A DNA stretch of 64,000 nucleotides from an uncultured Myxococcales bacterium (GTDB lineage Bacteria; Myxococcota_A; UBA9042), in NCBI GenBank assembly GCA_937910235.1, contig CALENB010000101.1, forward strand, positions 2,098 through 66,097, written 5' to 3'. Below are positions 11,797 to 23,421 of the stretch, one piece after another (the stretch's first letter is position 1; every line of letters starts with the position of its first letter). Below the pieces are notes generated by a model. That model saw only the letters and a program-made list of their open reading frames with translations, did no database searches and was not told the origin of the DNA. A program made the position numbers and the translations under genes.

Positions 11797-14700
11797 CTAG
11801 CGCACGACCAGCTTGCCGAGCGTGACCCGATTGTCGTTGTGACGGACGATGCCGGGGCCGCTCGCCGACTTGATGATGAGGCGCTTGTCGTTCAACGGGT
11901 TGAACAGGCCCATGATGATGTCGTGGCTCCCCGCGGCCGTGCCCAGCGGCACCTCCTGCTCGATCACGACGCTGACGATGTCGCCCTTCAGCCAATGATT
12001 GGTCTGGAAACAACCCGTACAGCGCTTGCCCTCGCGGTCACTCTGCGGATGGATCGCGCCCGGCCACAGATCGCGGTGCAGCGGATGGGGGTGCATGAAG
12101 ATCATGTAGCTCGACGCCAGCCCCTTGCGCACCTCGAAAAACACGGTCAGCTTGTACTTCTGCGCCCGCCGCACCGTCGGCTTGGCGAGGCGATAGCCGA
12201 CGATAAAGAGCTTGTCATCGAAGTTCACCTCAGTGCGCAGCACGCCTTTGAGGCTGTCAAACGTCGCCCGCGTCAGCACCTGCTTGCCGAGCCAGGAGTC
12301 GTCCGGCTGGCCTTGGGTGAGGTGCGTCGCCGTCAGCACGAGGCGGGAGGAGCGCGCGTCGATCACTTGGATGTGACGACCCGCGTTGGCGCGGCGGAAG
12401 TGGAAGTTCAGCTCCGAGAAGCTGTCTTTGGGCACCACAACGAAACGCTGCACTGGGCGCATGGCCGAGGCGTTGGCGTCGACCTTGCCGGCCGCGACCG
12501 CGCTGGGCTTCGCGGTCTCGAGCGCGAAGCTGCCGCGGTTGGGGTCGGCGGGGCTCAGCGGCACCTCGTCGACCAGATGCACGGCGTTGTCGTTGCTGCT
12601 CGCGACGACGCTCTTCTGGCCGCGGCCGTTGTAGAGCGTCGCGCCCTTCCACTGACCGGGCTCCCAACCCGGAGAATCGGACTGCACGCGCTTGGCACCG
12701 GTCCGTGTCGCGATGCCAAACCAAGCTTTGTGGTCGCGTTTACCGTCTTTGTCGGCGTCGTTACTGGGGTTCCAGCCCGGCACGGCGAGGTCGAGCGAGC
12801 GGCTCTCTGGGCCGAAATCGGAGACCCGCGCCGCGACGTTCTTGCCACCGAGCAAGGCGACCGCGGCGGCCTGATCCCCGAGCGTCGGCATCGTCTGGGT
12901 GTAGAAGTTGCTCGCGATCGTGTGGCGCCCACCAGGGGCGTATTTGAAGACCCGCGGCAGGCCATCGCTGTCGAGCGCGGCCCCCGCGTCACCCGCGGCG
13001 ACGCCGGTGCGCTCGAGCAGGTGCTTCTGCGAGAAGTGCAGGCTGAGTTCGGGTAGCAAGCCAAATGCGTAGCCACCCGTCATGACGATCGCCGCCAGCA
13101 TCGGCAGCGCCGTGGCGATCCGAGGCCGCTCGATGAGCGCGGCGATCTCGAGGCCGGTGTAGCGCAGCAGGTCCATGACAACCGAGGTCCGCGCCAGATG
13201 ATTGGCCAGCGCGAGCACCAGGAGGCCGACCCACAGCGCGCTGTCGGGCGACGCGATCAGGACACGCGCGAGGTAGCGCGCGCCGTCGGGCGCCAGCGGT
13301 TGCAGGCGCACGGCCAGCGCCGTCGCCAGGCTTCCCGCCACGACCAGCCCGACCGCGAACGCGCCCAAGGCCCAGCTGCCGCGATCCGAGCGCGCGCGAC
13401 CACCGATGACGAGCACAACGGCCAAGGCCAGCGCCCATGTGGCGGCGAGGAAACCGTACGACCAGGTGCCAGCGGCTTGGCTCGCGGCGATGCCGATGCC
13501 GCCCAGGGCGACCAAGCCAGCGACCCCGACGACGAGGGTCAGGCCGCCGCTCAAGCTGCTCGCGATCCCAGAAAACAGGCTGCCGGACGTCTCTGCGACG
13601 CCGAGTTCACCGGCCGCAGCGGCGGCGGCCTCCCGTGCGGCGCGGCGGGTCGCCCACCAGCAGTCGAGCCCCCCGACCAGCGCGACTAGGGCCGGCAAGG
13701 CAAACGGCGCCGACGTCAGCCCGACCGTGAGGCCGCCGCCAACGCCGCCAGGGTGTTGCTGCGTCCAGACCAACAGGCCGGCGATCAGCTGGGCGACGCT
13801 TGCTGCAGCCACCAAGCCCAGGGCGACAGCGCGGTGCTGCACGACCGAGCTCAGCGCCGCGAGCCACGCCCACGGACGCCGCTGCGCGCGCGCGGACGAA
13901 GCCAGCGCCGCGCCGACGACGAGCGCGACAAACGCAAAAGCGCCAGCGATCACCTCGGGGCGCGTCGTCTGGATCGCCGTCCACATGCGGTCGTAGGTGT
14001 ACCCGGTGCGAAGGGCCTCGGCGCGAAGCAACACGTCGGTGCGCGTGCCGAGGCTGATCAGCACGTCGAGCGCCCAGATGCTGGCGAGCCCGCCGAGCAG
14101 CCACGCGGTCGCCGAAACACGCTCGAAGCGCGCGACGCTGCGGCGCATCCAGGCCACGGGTCGCGACAAACCGAGGGCGAACGCGAAGACACTCAGAAAA
14201 GCGATGGCGCGCAGGCCACGGTTCATCTTCAGCTCTTGCGGCCACTGATAGACCGCTGAGTCGCCGCCAAAGGGTGGATCCCAGGCCAGCCAGCGCACGA
14301 GCGTCGACGCCTCTTTGCCGATCTCGCGATGCAGCAACAGGGTCGGGATGACGATCAGCAGGGTGAGCACCGGCCCACCCGCGCGGCCCAGACGAATGTC
14401 GCGCAGCAGCGTCGCCGTGACCGCCGCGACGACCGCGGCGACGGGCACGACGAGCTGGTGAAACTCCGGTAGCAGCGCCACCACGACAACCAGCGGCGCG
14501 CCAAATCCCATGACCAGCGCGAGACGCGCGCGTTCAAGTGCCGGACCGTCGTCCGTGGCGCCGCTCGCGCCAGCCATCGGCGCGGCGCCGCTGTTGGCGA
14601 CCAGGAGGCGCCCGATGGCGACGAGAAACAGCGCGCCCCACGGATAGAGCGAGAAACCCACCATGCCGATCACGACGGAGAAATCGCGGCGGGATTCGGG

Positions 14701-15972
14701 CAACCCGCCGCCGAAGGGGATCTGGGTGAACCGGAAGCTGCGCAGCAGGGCGCCAGCGTCATCGCTCAGCACGAGCGCGCTGGCGAGGCCCAAGGCGAGC
14801 AGGGCGCCGATCGCGGCGAGCACCGGGCCACGACGCAGGTCCGCCGAGACGAGCACGTAGCCGACGCAGATCGCCACGCCCATCGTCAGCCCGCCAAGAC
14901 CGCGGCCGAGAAACAGCACCACAAGCCCCGCGACCACCCAGAGCGCCCACGCCCGTGCCTTGCCGCCGATCGCCGCGCCTGAGCCCTCGCCGCCCGCCAC
15001 ACCAAGGGCGAGGCCGAACGTCGTGAGCGCCACCCCGAGCGGCGCGGTCTGCGCGAGCGTCACCATCCGCGCGTTGCCGATCATGAGCGGTAGGGTCAGG
15101 TAGACGATCAGCGCCATCCACGCCGCTTCCAGGCCGAGCAGCCGGGCCATCGCGATGAAGAGCAGCAACCCCGTGAGCGCGGCGAGCACGGCGCCTGGGA
15201 GTCGAGCGGCGGTCTCGCTCGAGCCCAACAGCTTCAAGCTCAGCGCGACCAGCCACGTGTCGAGCAGCGGCGCTTGCACGGACTGTTTGTTGACCTTGTG
15301 CTGCACGCGCGCCCAGGGCGACGGCACCTCGGCGAGCAGGGTAGAGGCGGCCGCGGTGCGGGCGACGATGCGCTCCGTACCAGCGAGCAGGGCGCTCAAC
15401 GCCTCGGGGTGTTTGTCGGGCACGCCATGGCGCCAAAAACCACCCTGCATAGCGCGGTGCAGCCCACGCGCGCGGCCCTCTGCGACTCGCTGCGCGATCA
15501 CGGCGGGTGTGCGTGCGTCACTCACGAGCAGCATCAACACACCCCGATTCTCCTGGCGCACCCGGTCGAGCTGGGTGGCGACACGATCCCACGTCGGATG
15601 GTCGTCGCGCTGACCAATCACCGCGTCCACGTCAACAACGAGGGCGTGGGTGAGACGATCGCCCATCTGGCCAGCCGCCACCCGCAGCCCCTGCGCGGCA
15701 GCGGAATCGACGCGATGCAGCGACAAATCAGGCGCTTTTACGGCCAGATCACGCAGTAACTTGCCGCCATCGTCCACCACCAGCACTTGGGCGTTGCTCG
15801 CGATCCGGCGGGCGGTGGCGGCGCGCTCCATCTCCCAAGGATCGAGCAGGCCGCTGCCACCAAGGCCGGGCAGCACCACGATCAGCACAAGGGCGACGGC
15901 GGCGATCAGATGCAACAAGCGGGTCATGTGCGCGCGTCTCCGAGAGGGCGACGCCGCAGCAAGCGACGTCAA
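11797..15972 (-). CDS. Large polytopic membrane protein, GT-C (ArnT/PMT-like) glycosyltransferase fold with long C-terminal extracytoplasmic domain
   Basis: 1391 aa with more than 12 predicted TM helices. It has an ArnT-like N-terminal membrane segment (WLVALSLKLLGSSETAARLPGAVLAALTGLLLF) and a soluble C-terminal domain of about 450 aa with no clear motif. Confidence 0.45.
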   Translation of the reverse strand: MTSLAAASPSRRRAHMTRLLHLIAAVALVLIVVLPGLGGSGLLDPWEMERAATARRIASNAQVLVVDDGGKLLRDLAVKAPDLSLHRVDSAAAQGLRVAAGQMGDRLTHALVVDVDAVIGQRDDHPTWDRVATQLDRVRQENRGVLMLLVSDARTPAVIAQRVAEGRARGLHRAMQGGFWRHGVPDKHPEALSALLAGTERIVARTAAASTLLAEVPSPWARVQHKVNKQSVQAPLLDTWLVALSLKLLGSSETAARLPGAVLAALTGLLLFIAMARLLGLEAAWMALIVYLTLPLMIGNARMVTLAQTAPLGVALTTFGLALGVAGGEGSGAAIGGKARAWALWVVAGLVVLFLGRGLGGLTMGVAICVGYVLVSADLRRGPVLAAIGALLALGLASALVLSDDAGALLRSFRFTQIPFGGGLPESRRDFSVVIGMVGFSLYPWGALFLVAIGRLLVANSGAAPMAGASGATDDGPALERARLALVMGFGAPLVVVVALLPEFHQLVVPVAAVVAAVTATLLRDIRLGRAGGPVLTLLIVIPTLLLHREIGKEASTLVRWLAWDPPFGGDSAVYQWPQELKMNRGLRAIAFLSVFAFALGLSRPVAWMRRSVARFERVSATAWLLGGLASIWALDVLISLGTRTDVLLRAEALRTGYTYDRMWTAIQTTRPEVIAGAFAFVALVVGAALASSARAQRRPWAWLAALSSVVQHRAVALGLVAAASVAQLIAGLLVWTQQHPGGVGGGLTVGLTSAPFALPALVALVGGLDCWWATRRAAREAAAAAAGELGVAETSGSLFSGIASSLSGGLTLVVGVAGLVALGGIGIAASQAAGTWSYGFLAATWALALAVVLVIGGRARSDRGSWALGAFAVGLVVAGSLATALAVRLQPLAPDGARYLARVLIASPDSALWVGLLVLALANHLARTSVVMDLLRYTGLEIAALIERPRIATALPMLAAIVMTGGYAFGLLPELSLHFSQKHLLERTGVAAGDAGAALDSDGLPRVFKYAPGGRHTIASNFYTQTMPTLGDQAAAVALLGGKNVAARVSDFGPESRSLDLAVPGWNPSNDADKDGKRDHKAWFGIATRTGAKRVQSDSPGWEPGQWKGATLYNGRGQKSVVASSNDNAVHLVDEVPLSPADPNRGSFALETAKPSAVAAGKVDANASAMRPVQRFVVVPKDSFSELNFHFRRANAGRHIQVIDARSSRLVLTATHLTQGQPDDSWLGKQVLTRATFDSLKGVLRTEVNFDDKLFIVGYRLAKPTVRRAQKYKLTVFFEVRKGLASSYMIFMHPHPLHRDLWPGAIHPQSDREGKRCTGCFQTNHWLKGDIVSVVIEQEVPLGTAAGSHDIIMGLFNPLNDKRLIIKSASGPGIVRHNDNRVTLGKLVVR

Positions 15973-16033
15973 GGGCGCGAGACCTTAGCAGAAGGGAATC
16001 AGGGGGCAAGACAAGGTCCTGGAAGACTTTACC

Positions 16034-16063
16034 TTGACACGGCCTCTGAGCCACCTATAAAAT
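16034..16063 (+). promoter_or_regulatory. Sigma70-like promoter TTGACA-N16-TATAAAAT upstream of dnaG-rpoD
   Basis: Near-consensus -35 and -10 hexamers in an AT-rich island, unusual in this high-GC DNA, about 190 bp upstream of the dnaG start. Confidence 0.5.
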
Positions 16064-16251
16064 ATTTGCCCTTCAGGCCCGTACTGGATGAAGGCTCCGC
16101 AAGTTCGTGATCGCTGCTGCATGTAACGACGGCGCCCCACACCCGCGGGCGGTCTTTGTGCACACGACGCAAGCCCGGCTCCCATCATGAATCGCAGGTC
16201 GTCGTCCACCTGACGCGCCCTCGTGACGTTCGTTTGTGACGTCCCTCTTGT

Positions 16252-18237
16252 GTGAGCAGCATGGTCAGCAGGATCTCGCAACAAGTCATCCGTGAGGTCA
16301 TCGCGCGCACCGACATGCGCGCGGTGGTGAGCGAAGCTGTGCGTCTCAGCAAGGCCGGCGGCGGCTCATTGAAGGGGCTGTGTCCGTTTCACAATGAGAA
16401 GACCCCATCGTTCACGATCAATCTGTCTCAGCGCGTCTACTACTGTCACGGCTGTGGCGCGGGCGGTGACGTGATCTCGTTTGTGCGCGAGACCCGCGGT
16501 CTGCACTTCGGTGAGGCGGTCGAGTGGCTGGCGGATCGGGCCGGTGTGCGGATCGAACACGAAGATCTCTCGCCCGCCGACCAGCGGCGCCGACGCCAAG
16601 AGCGCAGTGAGCGATCGCGCCTGCTCGATCTGAACGCAGCGGCGCTGGCCTGGTTTCAACGTCAGCTTGAGGGCCCGGCGGGCGGCTCGGCGCGGGCTTA
16701 TTTGCGGGAGCGTGGCCTCAGCGACGAGACCGTCGCGCGCTTCGGCGTCGGCTGCGCGCCAGACAGCTGGGACGGCCTGAGCAACGACCTGATGAGCCGC
16801 GGCTTTGGGGCCAATGAGCTGCTGCAGCTAGGTTTATCGGCGCCGCGACGCAGCGGTGACGGCATCTACGACAGGTTCCGCGATCGCCTGATGTTTCCGG
16901 TCTACTCGGCCATGGGCGACCTCATCGCCTTCGGTGGCCGCGACCTGGGTGGCACGAGCAACGCCAAGTACATGAACTCACCCGAGAGCGAGCTGCTCAG
17001 CCAGCGGGCGCCGGGCACGCAGGGCGGCAAGAAGTTCTACAAGAAGAGCCACGAGGTCTACGGCCTCAGCGTCGCGCGCAAAGGTATCCGCACGTCGGGG
17101 GTCGCCGTGTTGGTGGAGGGCAACCTCGACGTGATGATGCTGCATCAATACGGGGTCACCAACGCGGTCTGCCCCATGGGGACGGCGCTGACGGTCGAGC
17201 AGCTCGCGGCGATCAAGCGTTTCGGCGACCGCGTCGCGCTGGTGTTTGACGGCGACAAGGCCGGGCGCGCCGCGATGATGAAGGCCGTGCCACGCTGCCT
17301 CGAAGCTGGGCTGGACGGCGTGTATGTGGTGCTGCCCGACGGTGAAGACCCGGACAGTCTGCTGCGCACGCAAGGGCTGGAGGCTTGGGACCAGCTGCTG
17401 CACAAGGCCACGAATCTGATCACGGGCTGGGTCGACGCGATGGTGCAGCAGTGGGATGGCACGATCCGCGGTAAGGCCGAGATCCTCGAGCAGGTCGGAC
17501 CTATCCTGGCGACGATTCACGAACCGATCAGCCGGCAGATGGCGCAGGATTACCTGGGCACGCGGCTGCTCAGCAGCGACATCGAAGACAACCTCCGGCC
17601 GATGCGGGACTACCTGTCAAAGACACGGCCGCCGCGCAGCGCCGCGCTGATCGAACGCCCCGCCCCGGTCGCCGGGCCGCCTGTGCCGCCTGCGGAGCTT
17701 GAGCTGGCCCGCGCGATGATGTGGTATCCGCACCTGCTGGCCGATCTGGCAAGGGTCCAAGCGCTTGATCTCGTCACCCACGTCGGAATGCGCGAGGCGC
17801 TGCAGCACCTCTGTAGCCACGCGGCGGCGGTCGGTGAGGTGCACTCGACGGATCTTCCGGGCTGGCTCACGCAGCTGCCTGACGACGCAGCGCGCCGCGG
17901 TTTACGTGCCGCGCTGGCCCAGCCACCGCGGGTCAACATGGAAGACAGTGTCACGTATCTGGAACACGTCATCGATAGACTGGAGATCGCTGATCTTCAG
18001 GCGTACAAGCTGTCGCTCGATGCGCAGGTTCGTCGCGCCTCGGATGACACTGAGTTGATCGCGCTGTCCGAGAAGATGCAAGCCGTGGTCCGCCGTATTC
18101 GCGAATTGAACCGCGAGATGATCGCACCCAACGCCACCGACGCCGATGCCTCCGCGCCGGCGGAAGTCTCGTCTGTACCCGCCCCGTCCGCCTCTCCAGG
18201 CGGCGGTGCCACCCACGAAGGAAGTGTCCATGTTTGA
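16252..18237 (+). CDS. dnaG: DNA primase
   Basis: CHC2 zinc finger ([30 protein letters not shown]), a Toprim core ([22 protein letters not shown]), and rpoD immediately downstream. Confidence 0.92.
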   Translation: MSSMVSRISQQVIREVIARTDMRAVVSEAVRLSKAGGGSLKGLCPFHNEKTPSFTINLSQRVYYCHGCGAGGDVISFVRETRGLHFGEAVEWLADRAGVRIEHEDLSPADQRRRRQERSERSRLLDLNAAALAWFQRQLEGPAGGSARAYLRERGLSDETVARFGVGCAPDSWDGLSNDLMSRGFGANELLQLGLSAPRRSGDGIYDRFRDRLMFPVYSAMGDLIAFGGRDLGGTSNAKYMNSPESELLSQRAPGTQGGKKFYKKSHEVYGLSVARKGIRTSGVAVLVEGNLDVMMLHQYGVTNAVCPMGTALTVEQLAAIKRFGDRVALVFDGDKAGRAAMMKAVPRCLEAGLDGVYVVLPDGEDPDSLLRTQGLEAWDQLLHKATNLITGWVDAMVQQWDGTIRGKAEILEQVGPILATIHEPISRQMAQDYLGTRLLSSDIEDNLRPMRDYLSKTRPPRSAALIERPAPVAGPPVPPAELELARAMMWYPHLLADLARVQALDLVTHVGMREALQHLCSHAAAVGEVHSTDLPGWLTQLPDDAARRGLRAALAQPPRVNMEDSVTYLEHVIDRLEIADLQAYKLSLDAQVRRASDDTELIALSEKMQAVVRRIRELNREMIAPNATDADASAPAEVSSVPAPSASPGGGATHEGSVHV

Positions 18238-20968
18238 GCAAATCGACAAAGCAGCGCTGCTAGCCCTGGTCGAGCGAGGCCACAAGCGGGGTTGTGTGTC
18301 CCTCGACGAGGTCGAGGCGGTCGTCGGACCCGATTGTGATCGACCGATGATCGATGACGTCGTGGAGATCATCTACGGCAACCACATCGCGTTGGTGGAG
18401 AACCGGGTTGGACAGCGCGAGGGCACGCTCAACGCGCTGCGCACGTTCAATCAGGCCGCGGCGCTGACGCAGTCGGACAAGGACGACGAGTACACGGACG
18501 AGCCGTACTTGCGCACCAACGATCCGGTGCGCATGTACCTGCGCAAAATGGGCTCCGTAGCGCTGTTGACGCGCGAGGGCGAGATCGAGATCGCCAAGCG
18601 CATCGAGACGGGAGAGCACGACGTGCTCGCCGCGATGTTGCTGATGGACCGCAATCTGGCCGCGTTCCTCGAGCTGCGTGAGCGGGCGCGAGAGATGATC
18701 GTGTTCGTCAAGAAGGACCGGGTGATCCGCAAGAAGATCACCGAAGCCGAGCAAGCGGGCAAAGAGACGAGCCTGCGCGACAGCAAGCGCGGCGGTGATC
18801 GTCCGCCCTTCTCGCTCAAGGACCTGGTCAAGAGCATCGACGACCGCATCGGCGGCACCGATGAGATCGTCATCTGTAAGAACGTCATCGACGACCTCGA
18901 CACGCTTGAGAAGTACAACAACGACTCTGTCGAGTTCATGGCGAAGCTGACCACCACGCGCACCGAGGGCGGCAAGCGCAAGCTGGTACAGGAGTTCTTG
19001 GAGGAGCAGGTCCAGCAGGCCTACTTCGCCGAGGTGTGCGCCGATACGCTGGAGAAGATGACCCTCGGTCGGGCTCATCTGCGCGAGGTGGTGGCGCTTT
19101 CGCCGGCGCGGGTGCGCCGCGTGCCGACGCCCGAAGAGACGATGGAGGGCATGGGCGCGCTGGTGCGCGTGGTGCGTTTGTACCGCAAGCGCGTGCGTAG
19201 CGACGATCCGGCTGAGGCCGCGCGCGACGATCTGGCTCGCAAGAAGCGCGTTCGGCAGGTGCCGGATCTGATGCAGGCGATCTTCGACGACCCGGCGGCC
19301 CTCAAGGCGTTGGTTGTCCAGCTCAAGGCCTTCCAGGAGATCGACGACGAGATGCCGCTTGAGGACCTGATCGACGGCCTGCCCAAGAAGGTGACCAAGG
19401 TGCAGCGCGCACAGTATCGGGCGTCCGCGAAAGCGACGTTCGACGCGATCATCCCGCCGCTGGTGAAGCTCGCGAAGGTGCGCCAGCAGGTGATCTTCGG
19501 TTCGGCTCGGGACGCGGAGTTCCATGCTGATCTCGCGGACCGAGATGAGCTTGAGTCGGACCTGCGCCACCAGATCGTGGACGCGCTGATGTGGGTGCCA
19601 CGCAAGCTGCCGAAAAAAGACAGCGACCTGCCTGAGCGTCCTGAGCGCGAGATGGACGAGGAGAACGCCCGCTTGATGGCGGCGGAAGACGGCGGTCACC
19701 ACAACTACGTGACCATCTCGCCAGATTGGCTGCAGAAGCCAATCTTCGTGGCGGCCGTCGAGGTCATGATGGACCTGCCCGTGTCCTACCGTTTGATCGC
19801 CACGATCAGCCGGCGCGCGGTGCTGGAGCGCCTGCTCGACGTCAACCTGCATCGCAAGCAGTACGACAAGGTGATCGAGGACGGCAAGCTGATCATCCGC
19901 GACATGTTGGACGCGGACTACCAGATTCAGCGGCAGGAGATGCGGTTGGCGGACCTAGCCCATGGCCGTCTCAAGGCGACGGGCAAGCGCAATCCTGAGC
20001 CGTGTTTCGACTACAAGACGGTCATCAGCTTAGCGCGGGACTACCGCAAAGCCGACGCGGCGACGCTGCGGCGGATGGAGCGCAAGCTCGGCGTCACGAA
20101 GCCGGAGATCCTGGAGGCCCACCGCATCATCCGAGACAACAAGAAGATCCTCGACGACGCCTGCAAGCTGGCCGGTCACAAGCCTGAGGATCTGCGCAAA
20201 CGCTACGAGATGATCGCGCGTGGCGAGCGTATTTCGACCAAGGCCAAGAGCGAGCTGGTGGAGGCCAACCTCCGCCTCGTGGTCTCGATCGCGAAGAAAT
20301 ACACCAACCGTGGCCTGCAGTTTCTCGACCTGATTCAGGAGGGCAACATCGGCCTGATGAAGGCGGTCGACAAGTTTGAGTACCGGCGCGGCTACAAGTT
20401 CTCGACGTACGCGACGTGGTGGATTCGCCAGGCGATCACACGCGCTATCGCCGACCAAGCCCGCACGATCCGCATCCCGGTCCACATGATCGAGACGATC
20501 AACAAGCTGATCCGCACCAGCCGCTACCTGCAGCAGGAGCTCGCCCGCGAGCCGACGCCCGAAGAGGTCGCGGCCAAGATGCAGATGCCGATCGACAAGG
20601 TGCGCAAAGTCCTCAAAATCGCCAAGGAGCCGATCAGCCTCGAGACGCCGATTGGTGAGGAAGAGGACAGCCATCTCGGCGACTTCATCAAGGACGACAA
20701 GGCCGTCAGCCCGGTCGACGCCGTGACGATGGCCGCGCTGGAAGAGAAGGTGCGCAAGAGCTTGGCGTGCCTGGCGCCGCGCGAAGAGAAGGTCATCCGC
20801 ATGCGCTTTGGCATCGGCGAGCGCAGTGATCACACGCTGGAAGAGGTCGGGCAGCAGTTCGGCGTCACCCGCGAGCGGATCCGGCAGATCGAGGCGAAGG
20901 CGTTGCGCAAGCTGCGACATGCGACCCGCGCCAAGATCCTCAAGCCCTTCAACGAGACCGGCAAATAG
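18230..20968 (+). CDS. rpoD: RNA polymerase sigma-70 (primary sigma factor), long form of about 912 aa
   Basis: Regions 1.2-4.2 are conserved ([67 protein letters not shown]..., [29 protein letters not shown]). There is a long acidic non-conserved insertion. Start chosen at MFEQIDK; the ORF is open from 18146. Confidence 0.92.
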   Translation: MFEQIDKAALLALVERGHKRGCVSLDEVEAVVGPDCDRPMIDDVVEIIYGNHIALVENRVGQREGTLNALRTFNQAAALTQSDKDDEYTDEPYLRTNDPVRMYLRKMGSVALLTREGEIEIAKRIETGEHDVLAAMLLMDRNLAAFLELRERAREMIVFVKKDRVIRKKITEAEQAGKETSLRDSKRGGDRPPFSLKDLVKSIDDRIGGTDEIVICKNVIDDLDTLEKYNNDSVEFMAKLTTTRTEGGKRKLVQEFLEEQVQQAYFAEVCADTLEKMTLGRAHLREVVALSPARVRRVPTPEETMEGMGALVRVVRLYRKRVRSDDPAEAARDDLARKKRVRQVPDLMQAIFDDPAALKALVVQLKAFQEIDDEMPLEDLIDGLPKKVTKVQRAQYRASAKATFDAIIPPLVKLAKVRQQVIFGSARDAEFHADLADRDELESDLRHQIVDALMWVPRKLPKKDSDLPERPEREMDEENARLMAAEDGGHHNYVTISPDWLQKPIFVAAVEVMMDLPVSYRLIATISRRAVLERLLDVNLHRKQYDKVIEDGKLIIRDMLDADYQIQRQEMRLADLAHGRLKATGKRNPEPCFDYKTVISLARDYRKADAATLRRMERKLGVTKPEILEAHRIIRDNKKILDDACKLAGHKPEDLRKRYEMIARGERISTKAKSELVEANLRLVVSIAKKYTNRGLQFLDLIQEGNIGLMKAVDKFEYRRGYKFSTYATWWIRQAITRAIADQARTIRIPVHMIETINKLIRTSRYLQQELAREPTPEEVAAKMQMPIDKVRKVLKIAKEPISLETPIGEEEDSHLGDFIKDDKAVSPVDAVTMAALEEKVRKSLACLAPREEKVIRMRFGIGERSDHTLEEVGQQFGVTRERIRQIEAKALRKLRHATRAKILKPFNETGK

Positions 20969-21118
20969 CGGCGGTGAAGCGGACGGGTTTCTGCCACGAG
21001 GCGTGCAAGTGACGTTTCGACGGGTGCACGTCTTGACAAGCGCCGGCTGTGGTCCCAAAACGGCAACCGGATCGCACCGTTGGGCTCTGCCGCTCCCGGG
21101 CTGCGATCCAGGCACTAA

Positions 21119-21194
21119 GGGCCTATAGCTCAGCGGTTAGAGCTACCGGCTCATAACCGGTTGGTCCCAGGTTCAAATCCTGGTGGGCCCACCA
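21119..21194 (+). tRNA. tRNA with CAU anticodon (Met elongator, or Ile2 if lysidinylated), encoded CCA
   Basis: GGGCCTATAGCTCAGCGGTTAGAGCTACCGGCTCATAACCGGTTGGTCCCAGGTTCAAATCCTGGTGGGCCCACCA. It folds with a 7-bp acceptor stem, a CAT anticodon and a T-loop GGTTCAAATCC. Confidence 0.85.
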
Positions 21195-21282
21195 CGCCAC
21201 GCAAGGGCTAGCGCCGGGTCCACTCGATTGAGTCGGCCCGTGCGCAGCCCCGATCACGCTTTACAAGCGGCGGAGATGCACC

Positions 21283-22038
21283 ATGGCAGTTGTCACTGAT
21301 CCACGTCAGGTTTTAGACGTCCTGCGCAAACTGCAGGCCATCGATGACGAGATTCACGACGTGCGCGAGAGCCGGTCGTCGATGATCGGAAATCTAGCGC
21401 GCCTGAACACCGTGCTGACCCAGCGTGGCAATCAGCTCGTCGAGATGCGCGCGAAGCTGGGTGAAGCGGAGACTTGGTTCGCCAAGAAGTCGCTCGATCT
21501 GGAGCTTGAGCGCGAGAAGCTGACGAAGGCCAAGGCGAAGATGACCGTGGTGTCTCGCAGCCGAGAGTACGTGGCTGTGAACCGCGAGCTCGACAATATT
21601 CGCAAGAATATTGGCCATCGTGAGGACGAAGTTGAGCGTCTGAGCACGGCGATCGCCGAGTTCCGCACGACCATCGAGTCCGAGGACGAAAAAGTGCGGG
21701 ACATGCGGGCCTTGGCTGAGACCGAAGAGTCCAGCAGCCGTGAGTCGCTCGCCGAGATGGAGAGCAAGATCGCCGAGGTCAACACGCGCCGCAACAAGAT
21801 CGCCAGCCAGATCGACAGCAAGCTCGTGCGCCGCTACGAGAAGATCTTCAAGGCCCGCGAAGGCAGCGCCGTTGTGCCGATTATCGGTGACGCATGCGGC
21901 GGCTGCCAGATGAACGCGCCGCCGCGCTTGGTCGAGCAGATCATGCGCAGCTCCAGCTTGATTCAGTGCCCGTACTGCAACCGGTACATGTACCAGGACA
22001 CGGCGCACAACGAAGACGGCGACGTCGTCTCGGTCTAG
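21283..22038 (+). CDS. Coiled-coil / C4 zinc-ribbon protein (COG1579 family)
   Basis: 251 aa with a long coiled coil and a C-terminal CGGC...CPYC zinc ribbon. Confidence 0.7.
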   Translation: MAVVTDPRQVLDVLRKLQAIDDEIHDVRESRSSMIGNLARLNTVLTQRGNQLVEMRAKLGEAETWFAKKSLDLELEREKLTKAKAKMTVVSRSREYVAVNRELDNIRKNIGHREDEVERLSTAIAEFRTTIESEDEKVRDMRALAETEESSSRESLAEMESKIAEVNTRRNKIASQIDSKLVRRYEKIFKAREGSAVVPIIGDACGGCQMNAPPRLVEQIMRSSSLIQCPYCNRYMYQDTAHNEDGDVVSV

Positions 22039-22149
22039 GCCGCGTCGCCGGCTCGACCGCCCTCCCGTAGCCGAACAACGCGCAGCCGATCCTGTGGCCG
22101 GTGGTCTGGCGGATCGACACGCCGCTGACGGGCCGGCACTCTCGCCGGC

Positions 22150-23418
22150 ATGAACGTCGCTTTTCTCCTCATCGTCCTCGCCTCTGTCGTCTTCGCTGCC
22201 ATCACTGGCACCGCCGACGCCGTGGGTATGGCGGCCCTTGGCGGCGCCAAAGCTGCCGTGGAGCTGGTCCTCTCGCTGGCCGGATCGATCACGTTTTTTC
22301 TTGGGTTGACCGCGATTGTGGAAGAGGCCGGCGGGCTCAAGCTGATGGCCAAGGTCATTCGGCCGGTGATGCGCCGGCTGTTCCCCGAGATCCCAGCCGA
22401 TCACCCCGCGATGGGCGCCATGGTGATGAACCTCGCCGCCAACGCCCTCGGGTTAGGCAACGCGGCGACGCCCTTCGGTCTCAAGGCCATGAAGGAGCTG
22501 GCCAAGATCGCGCCGCGCAAGGGTGAGGCCAGCGACGCCATGTGCCTGTTCCTCGCGATCAACACCAGCGGTCTCGCCATCTTGCCGACCGGGATCATCG
22601 CGCTGCGGGCAGGGCTCGGCTCAACCGACCCGGCGGCGATCCTGCCGAGCACGCTCCTGGCCACCGGCGCGTCGACGTGTGTCGGCGTGACGGCGGCGCT
22701 GCTCCTGCGACGGCTGCCCCTCTTCGCCGCGTCACCGGCCGATCCGGACGCCACGCACGCCGCGCACGCGGCCGTGGCATGGCCTGAGCCGGCCGATGCG
22801 GGCGACGGCGCTCCCGAACCTCCCGCAGACTCATGGTGGCCGCTCATCGGCGTCCTGGCGACTCTGGGCGGCCTCGTCGCGGCGGTGCACGTCTGGGGCT
22901 CCGCGGCCAGCGCCTGGATCCTGCCAGCGCTGATCGCCGGCATGGTCGGCTTCGGTGCGGTGCGCGGGGTCAAGGTCTACGAAGCTTTTCTGGTCGGCGC
23001 AAAAGAGGGCTTTCAGTTGGCGCTGGGCATCATCCCGTACCTCGTCGCCGTGCTTGCGGTGGTGTCGATGCTGCGCGCGTCAGGAGGCATCGACGCGCTC
23101 GTAGGCGGAGTTGGCGGGGTTTTTGCGGCCATCGGCTTCCCAGCGGAGGTGCTGCCGCTCGCCTTGCTGCGCCCGCTCACAGGCTCAGGCGCGTTCGCGA
23201 TCACCGCCGACCTCGCTAAGACCCACGGCGTCGACAGCGCCATCGGCTTGATCGCGACCACCATGAACGGGTCCACCGAGACGACCTTCTACGTGCTGGC
23301 GGTGTACTTCGGCTCGGTCGGCGTGACCCGCGCACGCTATGCCGTGGCGGCCGGGTTGGCGGCCGACATCGCCGGCGCGGTGGTGAGCGTCATCGCCGTC
23401 AACTGGTTGCTGCTGTAG
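22150..23418 (+). CDS. Nucleoside-recognition (Gate) domain membrane protein, SpmA/SpmB-like fusion
   Basis: 422 aa polytopic protein with two Gate-domain halves (VELVLSLAGSITFFLGL..., FGLKAMKELA...). Confidence 0.65.
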   Translation: MNVAFLLIVLASVVFAAITGTADAVGMAALGGAKAAVELVLSLAGSITFFLGLTAIVEEAGGLKLMAKVIRPVMRRLFPEIPADHPAMGAMVMNLAANALGLGNAATPFGLKAMKELAKIAPRKGEASDAMCLFLAINTSGLAILPTGIIALRAGLGSTDPAAILPSTLLATGASTCVGVTAALLLRRLPLFAASPADPDATHAAHAAVAWPEPADAGDGAPEPPADSWWPLIGVLATLGGLVAAVHVWGSAASAWILPALIAGMVGFGAVRGVKVYEAFLVGAKEGFQLALGIIPYLVAVLAVVSMLRASGGIDALVGGVGGVFAAIGFPAEVLPLALLRPLTGSGAFAITADLAKTHGVDSAIGLIATTMNGSTETTFYVLAVYFGSVGVTRARYAVAAGLAADIAGAVVSVIAVNWLLL

Positions 23419-23421
23419 CGC

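Noticed and set aside
21119-21194. Possible integration hotspot or mobile element next to tRNA-Met and tRNA-Pro
   Set aside because: No integrase, recombinase or transposase ORF flanks either tRNA, and there is no direct-repeat attachment-site duplication. The flanking genes are housekeeping.
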